Assembly: GCA_965207065.1 (NCBI GenBank)
Contig: OZ242260.1
Coordinates: 4,384,001 to 4,448,000 of the forward strand
Source: a bacterium
Lineage (GTDB): Bacteria > UBA8248
DNA length: 64,000 bases
Direction: 5' to 3'
Shown piece after piece: positions 39,831 through 48,498 of this stretch. How positions within the stretch are numbered: position 1 is the first letter of the stretch; the number at the start of each line of letters is the position of its first letter. The translations under genes were made by a program, and so were the position numbers. The notes under the pieces were generated by a model that was given only the letters and a program-made list of their open reading frames with translations, was not told the origin of the DNA and made no database searches.

Positions 39831-40615
39831 TGCGGCTCGAGGCGGAGAACGCACAGGTCGAACTCGGCGAGCGCGACGCCCTCAAGGGCGTGTCGGCCGA
39901 TTTCCGTCCCGGCGCGCTCACGGGCGTCATCGGCGCGAACGGCGCGGGCAAGACGACGCTCCTGCGCGCGCTCGCGGGTCTTGCGCCCTTGAAGGGGGGG
40001 AGAATCATGCTGGACGGCGAACCCATCGACGCTTTCGACAGGCGAGAGACCGCCCGCCGGGTGGGCTATCTCGCCCAGAAACAAGAACCCGCGTTCCCCT
40101 TCCGCGCCGACGAGACGGTGATGATGGGGAGATACCCGCACCAGGGCAGGCTCGCGCCCGAGACGGAGGCGGACCGCGAGGCGGTGGCTGCCGCGCTTCG
40201 CGACGTGGACGCCGAAGACCTCGCGGGCCGCGCGATCAACGAACTCTCGGGCGGGGAGCTTCAGCGCGTGCTGATCGCGAGAACGCTCGCCGCGCAAACG
40301 CCCGTCCTGCTGCTCGATGAGCCTTTTGCGAATCTCGACGTCAGGCACTGCCTCGACATCCTGGCTATCCTGCGGGCGCAGGCTTCGGGGGGCCGGACCG
40401 TGGTCGTCTCCGCGCATGATCTGAACCTCGCGCACCGCTTCTGTGACGAACTGCTCCTGCTCCATGAGGGAGAAGTCCTCGTCTCCGGAAACCCGCGCAG
40501 CGTCCTGAGGCCCGAATTCATTGAAAAGGCTTTTGGGGTGCGCGCGCATATCCTGCCGGTGAACGGCGGGGAGGAGCGGCACTTCATCCTGCGCGCGCCG
40601 GAGGAGGAAGAATGA
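39830..40615 (+). CDS. ABC ATP-binding protein (BtuD/FecE-like)
   Basis: GANGAGKT, LSGGELQR, LLDEP; the ATG overlaps the permease stop. Confidence 0.9.
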   Translation: MRLEAENAQVELGERDALKGVSADFRPGALTGVIGANGAGKTTLLRALAGLAPLKGGRIMLDGEPIDAFDRRETARRVGYLAQKQEPAFPFRADETVMMGRYPHQGRLAPETEADREAVAAALRDVDAEDLAGRAINELSGGELQRVLIARTLAAQTPVLLLDEPFANLDVRHCLDILAILRAQASGGRTVVVSAHDLNLAHRFCDELLLLHEGEVLVSGNPRSVLRPEFIEKAFGVRAHILPVNGGEERHFILRAPEEEE

Positions 40616-41043
40616 AAATCGGCGACAGAGCCATCACCTGCGCAATCGCGTTCCTCCTCTTTCTTCCCGCGACGCCTGCGCCGCTCGCGCAGGAGATAAA
40701 AACGTCCGTGGACGCGCCGCCCGGTGCGCCCTCTTTCACCTTCCGGAAACGCCGCGTGCGGGATGATGCGGACGCGCGCCTTCAGGCCATCCTCCAGCGC
40801 ATCAGGCGCCACCAGCGCTACCCGGGAGTCGCGCGCGAATCGGGGGCGGAGGGCGAGGCCTCCGTCAGCTTCCGGGTTCTGCCGGACGGGCGGCTCGAGG
40901 ACTTAAGAATCAAGAAGACCTCGGGCAACGCCCATCTGGACGACGCCACGCTTGAGGCGGTGCGGAAAGCGGCACCGCTCCCCTATCTGGGTAAGACACT
41001 CGTGCTGACCATACGCTATACTCTTACGCGAGCGACCGATTAA
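40612..41043 (+). CDS. Energy transducer TonB C-terminal domain protein
   Basis: RYPGVARESGAEG, SGNAHLDDA. Confidence 0.82.
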   Translation: MKIGDRAITCAIAFLLFLPATPAPLAQEIKTSVDAPPGAPSFTFRKRRVRDDADARLQAILQRIRRHQRYPGVARESGAEGEASVSFRVLPDGRLEDLRIKKTSGNAHLDDATLEAVRKAAPLPYLGKTLVLTIRYTLTRATD

Positions 41044-41106
41044 GTTTCATTACATCACTCGTGTTTGACTGACGCGTGCGACACAATTCGCAAACGGGGT
41101 AGCAGC

Positions 41107-41682
41107 ATGAAAGTGGATGTTCTGCATCGACAGGAAACCGGGGTCGACGGGAGCCGGCAGTGCGTCTGGGAGTTCCGGCCCGGACGTGAATTCCTGGAAA
41201 CCCTGCTGCGCGATCTGTTCGAGAACCATTACGGATCGCTCACGTTCGGCCCCTGCATCCAGGGGGCCGTGTTCGAGTGCCGCGTGAAATCCCCTCCCCG
41301 CAAGATCAGCTATCTGGACGGCTACCTGACCGTCGACCTGGGCGATTGGCACTTCCACCTGTGCATCGGCGAACACCAGGGCGACGCGCAAAACCCCTGC
41401 CCGCCCGAACTGGCGCAGTGGCGAAGGTGCGCGCGGGCGATGCTCCTGCGCATTTACCAGAATCCCCCCGTCGCGGGCCACGCGCCGGTGAGCTATTCGC
41501 TGGCGCTGCTGAACGGGCGCGACGAGCAGATGGTGACCTTCTATCTCCCCAACCCGTTCTTCGACGAGTACTACCGGGTGCTCGAAACGCCCGACTGGGG
41601 AAAGCTCGCCCTGTGGAACCACATACGCACGGACTACCTCGGGCTGGAGGCGGACCCGGGGCCGTTTGAAGACCTCGCGTGA
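41107..41682 (+). CDS. Conserved hypothetical protein, possibly metal/tetrapyrrole-binding
   Basis: WHFHLCIGEH, FYLPNPF; follows the B12 uptake genes. Confidence 0.7.
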   Translation: MKVDVLHRQETGVDGSRQCVWEFRPGREFLETLLRDLFENHYGSLTFGPCIQGAVFECRVKSPPRKISYLDGYLTVDLGDWHFHLCIGEHQGDAQNPCPPELAQWRRCARAMLLRIYQNPPVAGHAPVSYSLALLNGRDEQMVTFYLPNPFFDEYYRVLETPDWGKLALWNHIRTDYLGLEADPGPFEDLA

Positions 41683-41716
41683 GCGGAAACATCTCTCGGA
41701 AAGGCAGGAGAACACG

Positions 41717-42646
41717 GTGAAAGCGGTATTGATGCGCGGCTACGGCGGCCCGGAAGTGCTCGAATACGCGGATACCCGCGACCCCCAAGCGGAGCCGGGG
41801 GAAATCGTCGTCGACGTCCACGCGGTGAGCCTGAACCCCGCCGACTGGAAGGTGCGCGAGGGACTCCGCAAAGGGGACGTGAAGGCGCGTTTCCCGCACA
41901 TCCCGGGGCGGGATTTCTCGGGCGTCGTCCGCGATACGGGGGCGGGCGTTTCCGACTTTCAGCCCGGAGACCCCGTGTTCGCAGTCAACGAGCAAGGCTG
42001 CGAGGGAGGATACGCGGAGGCTGTCGCCATACCCGCGGCGCTCGCTGCCCCGAAGCCGGACTTCCTCTCGCACACGGAAGCCTCGGCGCTCGCCATGACG
42101 GGCCTCACGAGCTTAAGAGCCCTGGAGGACGAGGCGAAGCTGCAAGCCGGCGAGACGATTCTCATCCACGCGGGCGCGGGCGGCGTGGGCGGATTCGCCG
42201 TGCAGTACGCAAAACACGTGGGCGCTGTGGTCTACACGACGGCGAGCGCGGCGAACCACGAATACGTGAAAAGTCTGGGCGCACACCACGCCATCGACTA
42301 CGGACAAGAGGATTTCGCCGAGGCCGCCCCTCCTTGCGACGTGGTGTTCGACACCATCGGCGGGGAGGTGCACGCGCGCAGCTTCGCCGTTCTCAAGCCG
42401 GGCGGACGGCTGGTTCACATCGCGGCGGGGCCGCCCGGGTTCACGCCGCCGAGAGAGGACGTGCGCGTCATCCGCCCGGACGTGCGGCGGGACCGCGCGC
42501 ATCTGGGGAGAATCGTCGAACTCGCAGCCTCAGGCGCGGTGCGCCCTCCTTATATAAAGGAGATGCCGCTCGCGGACGCCGCGGCGGCGCAGGAGATCAG
42601 CAAGGCCGGCCACGTGCGCGGGAAGATTATCCTGCGGGTGCGGTAG
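41717..42646 (+). CDS. NADP-dependent quinone oxidoreductase (MDR family)
   Basis: YGGPEVL, LNPADWK, GRDFSG, HAGAGGVG, RGKIIL. Confidence 0.9.
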   Translation: MKAVLMRGYGGPEVLEYADTRDPQAEPGEIVVDVHAVSLNPADWKVREGLRKGDVKARFPHIPGRDFSGVVRDTGAGVSDFQPGDPVFAVNEQGCEGGYAEAVAIPAALAAPKPDFLSHTEASALAMTGLTSLRALEDEAKLQAGETILIHAGAGGVGGFAVQYAKHVGAVVYTTASAANHEYVKSLGAHHAIDYGQEDFAEAAPPCDVVFDTIGGEVHARSFAVLKPGGRLVHIAAGPPGFTPPREDVRVIRPDVRRDRAHLGRIVELAASGAVRPPYIKEMPLADAAAAQEISKAGHVRGKIILRVR

Positions 42647-42647
42647 G

Positions 42648-44354
42648 CTACACCCCCTCCGCGATGGCGCTGGCGGCGCCCAAGCCTGCGATGATTCTGT
42701 TCTTCTCGCGTAAAACCCGCGTGTAGATGACGCGGCCTGAGTCGCTCTCGGGGCCGCGCTCCACGAAATGCCCGATGCACTGAAGCCCCGGAAGCCGGAA
42801 CGCGCCGCTCGCCGGATCGTGGTCGAACGGCCCCGCCATGGTGTAGAGCACGGGGTTGACCGCGTGGCTCATATCGAGGAGCGCGCGGTTGGCGGCCGCG
42901 GTGTCGAGGCTTTCGATCTTCGCGTTCAACGCCTCGCACGCGCGGGCGAAGCGGGCGCCCGCCTCGCGCAGGTCGCCCAGGTCCACCGCGCCACCAGAGA
43001 GCGATTCCAGCCTGCCTATCTCCTCGTTCACGACGGCCGCCGTCGTCGCGGGATTCAGGGGCGCCCGCTCGAGCGTGCAGAGTTCGTGGAGCGCGCCCGC
43101 GTAGACGCTCGTGTGCTCGGCGAGGAGCGCCTCGTCCATCTTGTCGAGCGTGTCGGCGGGGTGATGCCAGTACTCGGGAAAGCCGTCCGCGGGGTGATCC
43201 TTCCGAAGCTCCGGGTGGCCGGGCGGGAGCACGGGCAGGAAGGAGAACGAGGGGACGCCCACTCCCCACATTGACTGGTCGGCCATCTTGCGGGGGTGGT
43301 CGGGCTGCGTACTCTGGCCGCCGATGCGCGAGACGGCGTCCTGCACCCAGTCGCGGACCTCCGCCGTGCAGAAGGGCCGGTAGAGCGTCGCGCCACGGCA
43401 GCCGGGCTGATCGATGTTGAGATAGGCGACGCAGTTCCGGCGCAGCTCTTGGAACATGTGATCCGCATACCAGGTGGAGCCCGAGAAGCGCCCGTGCGAG
43501 TGCCCGTTCCACCAGGCCACCTTGAGGCCGCGCGTAAGCTCCCCCCTCGTCTCGTGCGCGACGCGCGCGAGCTCCATCAGGGTGGCGTCGCCCGCCGCGT
43601 TGTCGTTCGCGCCGATGTGCCAGGAGTCGATGTGCCCGCCGACGAGGACGTACTCCTCGCTGCCGCTGCCGGGCGTGATGGTGGCCACGGGCATGAGCGT
43701 CTCGCGCCAGGCGGTGTCCGTCTTCGCATGGATGAGGAGTTCGACCTCCTCCCTTCTCTCAAGGCGCTCCAGCAGCGCGGCGCCCTGCTCGCGCGAGAGG
43801 GTGACGACGGGCGTCTCAGGCATCCGCGCGATGCTCTCGGGCGTCGGCGCGCCCCAGATGGTCGAGACGGTCAGTTCGTGCGCGTTTCCCTTGTTGACGT
43901 AGACCTGAGCGATAGCGCCCCTTCGCTCGAAGTAATAAAAGCGCGCGGGGCTCAGCATCCCCTCGGCCACGACCACCCTGCCCGCCACGGGCGTCTCCGC
44001 CGATGCGCCCGTATATAAAGGATCGCCGAACGGCGTATCCGGCGGGCCGGCCTCGCCGACATGGACCGCCTGGCCCCTCACGCCACTCTCTCCGGTGGAG
44101 GCGCCGAAGACGGCCGTGATGGCGGAAATCGTCTCGCCGCCTTCCCCGAGCACCTCCAGCGTCGTCCCGCCCGGAATGCTGATGAGCGAGCTGAACCGGT
44201 GCACCTGTACGTCGATTCCCAGCGCGGTGAGCTCAGCCTCGACGTAGCGCACGGCCGCGTTCTCGCCCTCCGTGCCGGTGTAGCGCTCCCAGCGGCAGAT
44301 GTCCTCGAGATTTCTCCACAGGGAATCGGCGTCTACTTTTTGCTGAACGGACAT
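42648..44354 (-). CDS. M28 family metallopeptidase with PA-like domain
   Basis: GGHIDSW, GANDNAAG, LNIDQPG, YWHHPADT; start set at MSVQQK. Confidence 0.85.
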   Translation of the reverse strand: MSVQQKVDADSLWRNLEDICRWERYTGTEGENAAVRYVEAELTALGIDVQVHRFSSLISIPGGTTLEVLGEGGETISAITAVFGASTGESGVRGQAVHVGEAGPPDTPFGDPLYTGASAETPVAGRVVVAEGMLSPARFYYFERRGAIAQVYVNKGNAHELTVSTIWGAPTPESIARMPETPVVTLSREQGAALLERLERREEVELLIHAKTDTAWRETLMPVATITPGSGSEEYVLVGGHIDSWHIGANDNAAGDATLMELARVAHETRGELTRGLKVAWWNGHSHGRFSGSTWYADHMFQELRRNCVAYLNIDQPGCRGATLYRPFCTAEVRDWVQDAVSRIGGQSTQPDHPRKMADQSMWGVGVPSFSFLPVLPPGHPELRKDHPADGFPEYWHHPADTLDKMDEALLAEHTSVYAGALHELCTLERAPLNPATTAAVVNEEIGRLESLSGGAVDLGDLREAGARFARACEALNAKIESLDTAAANRALLDMSHAVNPVLYTMAGPFDHDPASGAFRLPGLQCIGHFVERGPESDSGRVIYTRVLREKNRIIAGLGAASAIAEGV

Positions 44355-44543
44355 GGCGGCTCCACATAAGAGGTATATAAAGAGGTGGCGTCCGCGCATT
44401 CTAGTACACCGCACGCCCGATGCCGAGTACGGCCAAGCGTTGCGGGCGAGGCCGCTTCGGGGGAGAATCGGCGGGACACGCACCGGGGAGTGAGGGTTCA
44501 CGGCGAGGGCATCACTCGCCCCGCTCTCCCTTTGCATGAAAAG

Positions 44544-44574
44544 CAACCCCCCCTACCCCCCCTTGTCAGGGGGG
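44544..44574. repeat. CCCCCCTACCCCCCTTGTCAGGGGG repeat unit
   Basis: Related units at ~35203, 35303, 37737, 37822, 47224, 47285 and 47406 (both orientations). Confidence 0.7.
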
Positions 44575-44657
44575 TAAGAAAAACAAAGCCCTCCCGGGAA
44601 GGGAGGGTTCATGTTCAGCAGGGTTAGGGGTGAACCCAAACCAGGGGAACGACGTTC

Positions 44658-45047
44658 ATGTGGGCAAAGTTATCCAGGCCATTCTACCTGACGCTGGGCT
44701 GCCTCTGCCTGGGGCTGGGCTTCATCGGCCTGCTGCTGCCCGTCCTGCCGACGACGCCGTTCATCCTCGTGGCGGCGTTCGCGTTCTCCAAGAGTTCGGA
44801 GAGGCTGCACGCCTGGCTGCTCGGCCATAAACTCTACGGGCCGCTCATCACGAACTGGCAGCGTCACGGCGTCATCCGGCCCCGGGCGAAGTGGACATCC
44901 GTCTCGCTCATCGCCGTGCTGGCTGCGCCCTCGATATATCTCGTAAGCGCGCCGGTATACGCGAAGGTTCTGCTCGCGGCGATATGCGCGTGCGTGGTGT
45001 GCTTCATCGTGACAAGGCCGGGGACGATTCCAGGGGACGGGGAGTAG
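44658..45047 (+). CDS. YbaN/DUF454 family membrane protein
   Basis: LPVLPTTPFILVAA, SSERLHAWL. Confidence 0.88.
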   Translation: MWAKLSRPFYLTLGCLCLGLGFIGLLLPVLPTTPFILVAAFAFSKSSERLHAWLLGHKLYGPLITNWQRHGVIRPRAKWTSVSLIAVLAAPSIYLVSAPVYAKVLLAAICACVVCFIVTRPGTIPGDGE

Positions 45048-45229
45048 GGTTTGTTTTCTTGTAGGTAGCGCTCTCTTCTTGGGAGCGCTACATATATGCG
45101 ACCCTCATGCCACGAATCGGACGGGCCGCATATATGCGGCCCCTACAAGATCGGTGAGCAAACGCGAAAATCGGACAGGCACAGGGGCCTGTCCCTACAA
45201 TTCATCCGCCTTATATAAAGGAGAAACGC

Positions 45230-45619
45230 ATGAACGAGGAACGATACGAGCGCGGTCTGGACATCCGGAAAAAACTCGGCATCTACGGGGAGGACGGCCT
45301 CGCGGGCACGTTCACCGAGATGAACGAACTCACGCCGACGCACACGCGCGCCATCGTGGAGTACGTCTTCGGCACCTGCTGGAGCCAGCCCCTGCTCGAC
45401 AACAAGACGCGCGAGATGCTCATCGTCGCCGCCGCCGCCGCGCAGGACCTCTACGGCGAGGTGGAGATCCACTCGCGCGGGGTGCTGAACCAGGGGCTCA
45501 ATCCGGAGGAACTCATCGAGGCCATCGTCTCGCTCGCGCCATACATCGGCTTCCCCAAGACGAACCACGCCCTCGCGGCGGCGAAGAGCGCGATTGAGAA
45601 GAACGCGTCGGAGGGGTGA
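45230..45619 (+). CDS. Carboxymuconolactone decarboxylase family protein
   Basis: RYERGL, FGTCWS..LDNKTREM, YIGFP. Confidence 0.82.
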   Translation: MNEERYERGLDIRKKLGIYGEDGLAGTFTEMNELTPTHTRAIVEYVFGTCWSQPLLDNKTREMLIVAAAAAQDLYGEVEIHSRGVLNQGLNPEELIEAIVSLAPYIGFPKTNHALAAAKSAIEKNASEG

Positions 45620-45709
45620 ATCGTCCCGTCACACGCGAAACATACAATTCACTCCCCACTTGAGGGGTCGGGCATCCGATGAGGGTTGAAAAATCACTCC
45701 CCCCTTGAG

Positions 45710-45879
45710 GGGGCTGTTGAAAAAGCCCTTATGAACGAGGATTCGACTCGACCGGGAAGGGACGATTATTGTAGGGGCCGCATATTATGCGGCCCGCGTG
45801 CCCCTAACGGGGAGGGTCGCATAATATGCGACCCCTACAAACGAACAAATTTTCCCTCTCCAACTTTTTCAACAACCCC
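45710..45879. mobile_element. MITE-like element C
   Basis: TIRs GGGGCTGTTGAAAAA/TTTTTCAACAACCCC flanked by direct repeat TTGAG; encloses GTAG-type REP hairpins. Confidence 0.65.
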
Positions 45880-45991
45880 TTGAGGGTCGGTCTCCCTCGG
45901 GGAAGACCGACAACGAGACAAGGGCGAAGCCCGCAGGCGAGTTGGTGGGAGGAGCCTTTTCCGTGGCATGTCCCCCCGCTCGCGTTTCAAC

Positions 45992-47020
45992 TCACACCGC
46001 CTCGTACGCCCGGTGCACGGCGCGGCTGGCCCCGTTCCAGCCGGGCATCACCGCGCCGAGCGGCCCGTTACCGCCCGCGACGATGAGGTGCAGGTCTTCG
46101 GGCTCGTTCACGACGCGGATGAAGAAATCATCGTTATCTCTCTCCACCGGATATTCCCACCGCCCGTTCGGCTTGTCTTCGCGCCAGGGGCCGCCGCGCT
46201 TGAGCTCGCCCACCGTGCGGCCCGCGTTTTCCGTGACGTAAGCGTGCACGTCCGCCCGCGAGAAGCCCGCCCGCGCGCACAGCCTCGCGTGTTCGGGGGA
46301 GAGGACGAGCACGGTGTCCGACCGCACCCAGATGGGCCACGAACCCATCGCCGCCATGTTGTCCATGTGGGAGACGAGCAGGCGCTTCGGGTCCCGGTCC
46401 ACGTCGTTGAAGATGATGTGGGGGTTCTCCACCATCACGGCGGTGATGACGTCCTCCTCCGCGCCGTAGCCCCGCGATACGGCGAGCGACTCCCAGGGGC
46501 TCTCCTCCTCGTTCTCCGCCACGCAGAACGTGAACCGCGACGGCTGGCTGTAGATGCTCATGCACGCGACGCGCGCGACCCCGCCGCCCAGGTTGAGCAG
46601 CAGGAGCCGCACCGCGCGGCCGATGGTGGCGTTCGCCCGGAAGCCGGGGCCGAAGCAGCCCTGCCCGCCCGTGACGCCGATTCTTTTCGCGTAGGGGCCG
46701 TTCAGGATAAGCAGCGGCGCCACGCTGTGCATCGTCGCCTGCACCCCGCTCAGGTTGAGCGGCTCCTCCACGATGAGTTCGAGCGCGGCGATCACGACGG
46801 GGAGATACTCGGGCCGACAGCCGGCCATCACCGCGTGGGCCGCGACGTCGCGCACCGTGGCCGTCTCGTCGAGCGGCGGGACGGGGGTCACGACCTCATC
46901 GGGCGACCGGGACGTTCCCGCGAGCATGCGCTCTATGCGTTCTTCCGTGGGCGTGACAACGGGCAGGCCGTCCGACCAGGGTTTCTCCAGAAAGAATTCG
47001 AATTCATCCATCTCGTTCAT
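45992..47020 (-). CDS. Conserved hypothetical protein; paralog of 18212-19243
   Basis: WSDGLPVVTPT, MAGCRPEYLPVV, GPGFRANATIGRA, ENEEESPW. Confidence 0.8.
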   Translation of the reverse strand: MNEMDEFEFFLEKPWSDGLPVVTPTEERIERMLAGTSRSPDEVVTPVPPLDETATVRDVAAHAVMAGCRPEYLPVVIAALELIVEEPLNLSGVQATMHSVAPLLILNGPYAKRIGVTGGQGCFGPGFRANATIGRAVRLLLLNLGGGVARVACMSIYSQPSRFTFCVAENEEESPWESLAVSRGYGAEEDVITAVMVENPHIIFNDVDRDPKRLLVSHMDNMAAMGSWPIWVRSDTVLVLSPEHARLCARAGFSRADVHAYVTENAGRTVGELKRGGPWREDKPNGRWEYPVERDNDDFFIRVVNEPEDLHLIVAGGNGPLGAVMPGWNGASRAVHRAYEAV

Positions 47021-47103
47021 GGGAGGCTCTCCGGTGAGTGTTTTCGGTGGTTTGCGTTTTCCCGAGCCTATCACGCCGGGCGTTGCCGATCATGGGGGGT
47101 GCG

Positions 47104-47570
47104 TGTAGGGACAGGCACAGGGGCCGGACAGGCACAGGGGCCTGTCCCTACGGGATCCTTGTGGAGAATCACACACGCCCGTCATTCCGGTCTCGGACAG
47201 GTCGCGACCTGTCCCTACAAAATCAACCCCCCCTACCCCCCTTGACAGGGGGGCATGAAAAGGCAACCCCCGCGACAGGAAAAGCAACCCCCCCTACCCC
47301 CCCTTGACAGGGGGGCATGAAAAAACAAAGCCCCTGATAAAAAACCTTCCCGGCAGGGGGGTATGAAAAAACAAAGCTCCCCCGACAGGGGGAATAATTG
47401 AAAGACCCCCCTGACAAGGGGGGGTAGGGGGGGTTGCTTCTGACGAGGAGAGTCGGGGGTTCGTGCGGAAGCGGCCTTCCCGCAAAAGGCAATGCCCCCG
47501 GCAAGGGGAGTTGCGGATCGGACGCGACCGATGCGGAGACCCCGGACAGGTCACGACCTGTCCGCTACGC
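47104..47570. repeat. Composite repeat region (REP-like palindromes and CCCCCCTACCCCCCTT units)
   Basis: Multiple copies of both families visible. Confidence 0.7.
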
Positions 47571-47653
47571 ACCCCCCTCACCTGCCGGTTTCTCCTTTTT
47601 CCGCCGAAAAGATTCCTTGACAATTATGAAAATTATCGCGCAATATGGATGCG

Positions 47654-48188
47654 TGCGACACAATCCGCGGGGTGGAGAGGCTTCGGCTGCTCGCCGTCCA
47701 CGAGGCGACCTTCCGACGGAAGGTCGAAATAGGCGAGAAATCACCTTGACAAAACGGAAAAGGCTGTAGCAATATCAAGTCTGCGACACGTTCCATGAGG
47801 TGCAGTCGACTTCGGGCTGCCCGCTGAATACAAGACGACCCTCTTCCGGAGGGCCGGAATAGGCGGGAACCCACCTCAAGTACCTATACCTCGTGGATTG
47901 TGTCGCAACCAGCCCGGACTGCGACGCATCCTTATCGTCGCACCCCCCGCGCTGTTTGAATCGATCACAAGCGGCATGAAAACTGCCCGTTTATATACGC
48001 GAGATGAAGGAGGCTCATCGGAGGAAGCTGTAACTGCGTTGATACACCTTTTTTGAATCTAAGTTTGCGACACGTTTCACGAGGCGCGGTCATCTTCAGG
48101 ATGACGGCAAAAAGGCGGCCTTCACCCTTGATGGCCGAAGGGATAATGGGAACCCACCTGAACCACCAACCCTCCTGAAACGTGTCCC
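47654..48188 (+). ncRNA. Three homologous structured non-coding units of unknown family
   Basis: Units start TGCGACAC at 47654, 47782 and 48066; shared hairpins with compensatory changes; TTGACA-18-CAATAT precedes units 1 and 2. Confidence 0.55.
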
Positions 48189-48498
48189 GGGAAATCCGGA
48201 ACGCGGGCCGCAAGGCAGGCGCTCTCCGGTTGACGAGACAACATGAACCCAGGATTGAAGGCCCAAAAATATGAGGAAAGGAGGTTAATCGGAGAAAGCC
48301 GGCATATACACGTAAAATTTCTCCCCTCGCCAGTCACCCCACCGAACGCGCTCTGATACGATAAACAACTGATTTAATTCACCTTTAATTCAATCGGCAT
48401 ATATTCCTGCGCTTGCAACCTCGTCAGGCGTGTGCTCCAATACGCTCCTGTTTGATGCCGCGTGTTTGCGATTTGATTACGGTTTCAGGGGAGGATCC

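Noticed and set aside
33057-47570. CRISPR array among the repeat clusters
   Set aside because: The repeats are palindromic, variable, irregularly spaced and in both orientations; no unique equal-length spacers or cas genes
47667-47951. Interrupted tRNA-fMet (CGCGGGGTGGAG...CCCCGCG)
   Set aside because: The 5' end resembles an initiator tRNA, but there is no anticodon arm, T-loop or CCA; the sequence is explained by the triplicated unit
47654-48188. Assignment of the units to 6S RNA, hammerhead ribozyme or c-di-AMP/c-di-GMP riboswitch
   Set aside because: Too short and branched for 6S; no CUGANGA core; only fragmentary similarity to riboswitch consensus sequences
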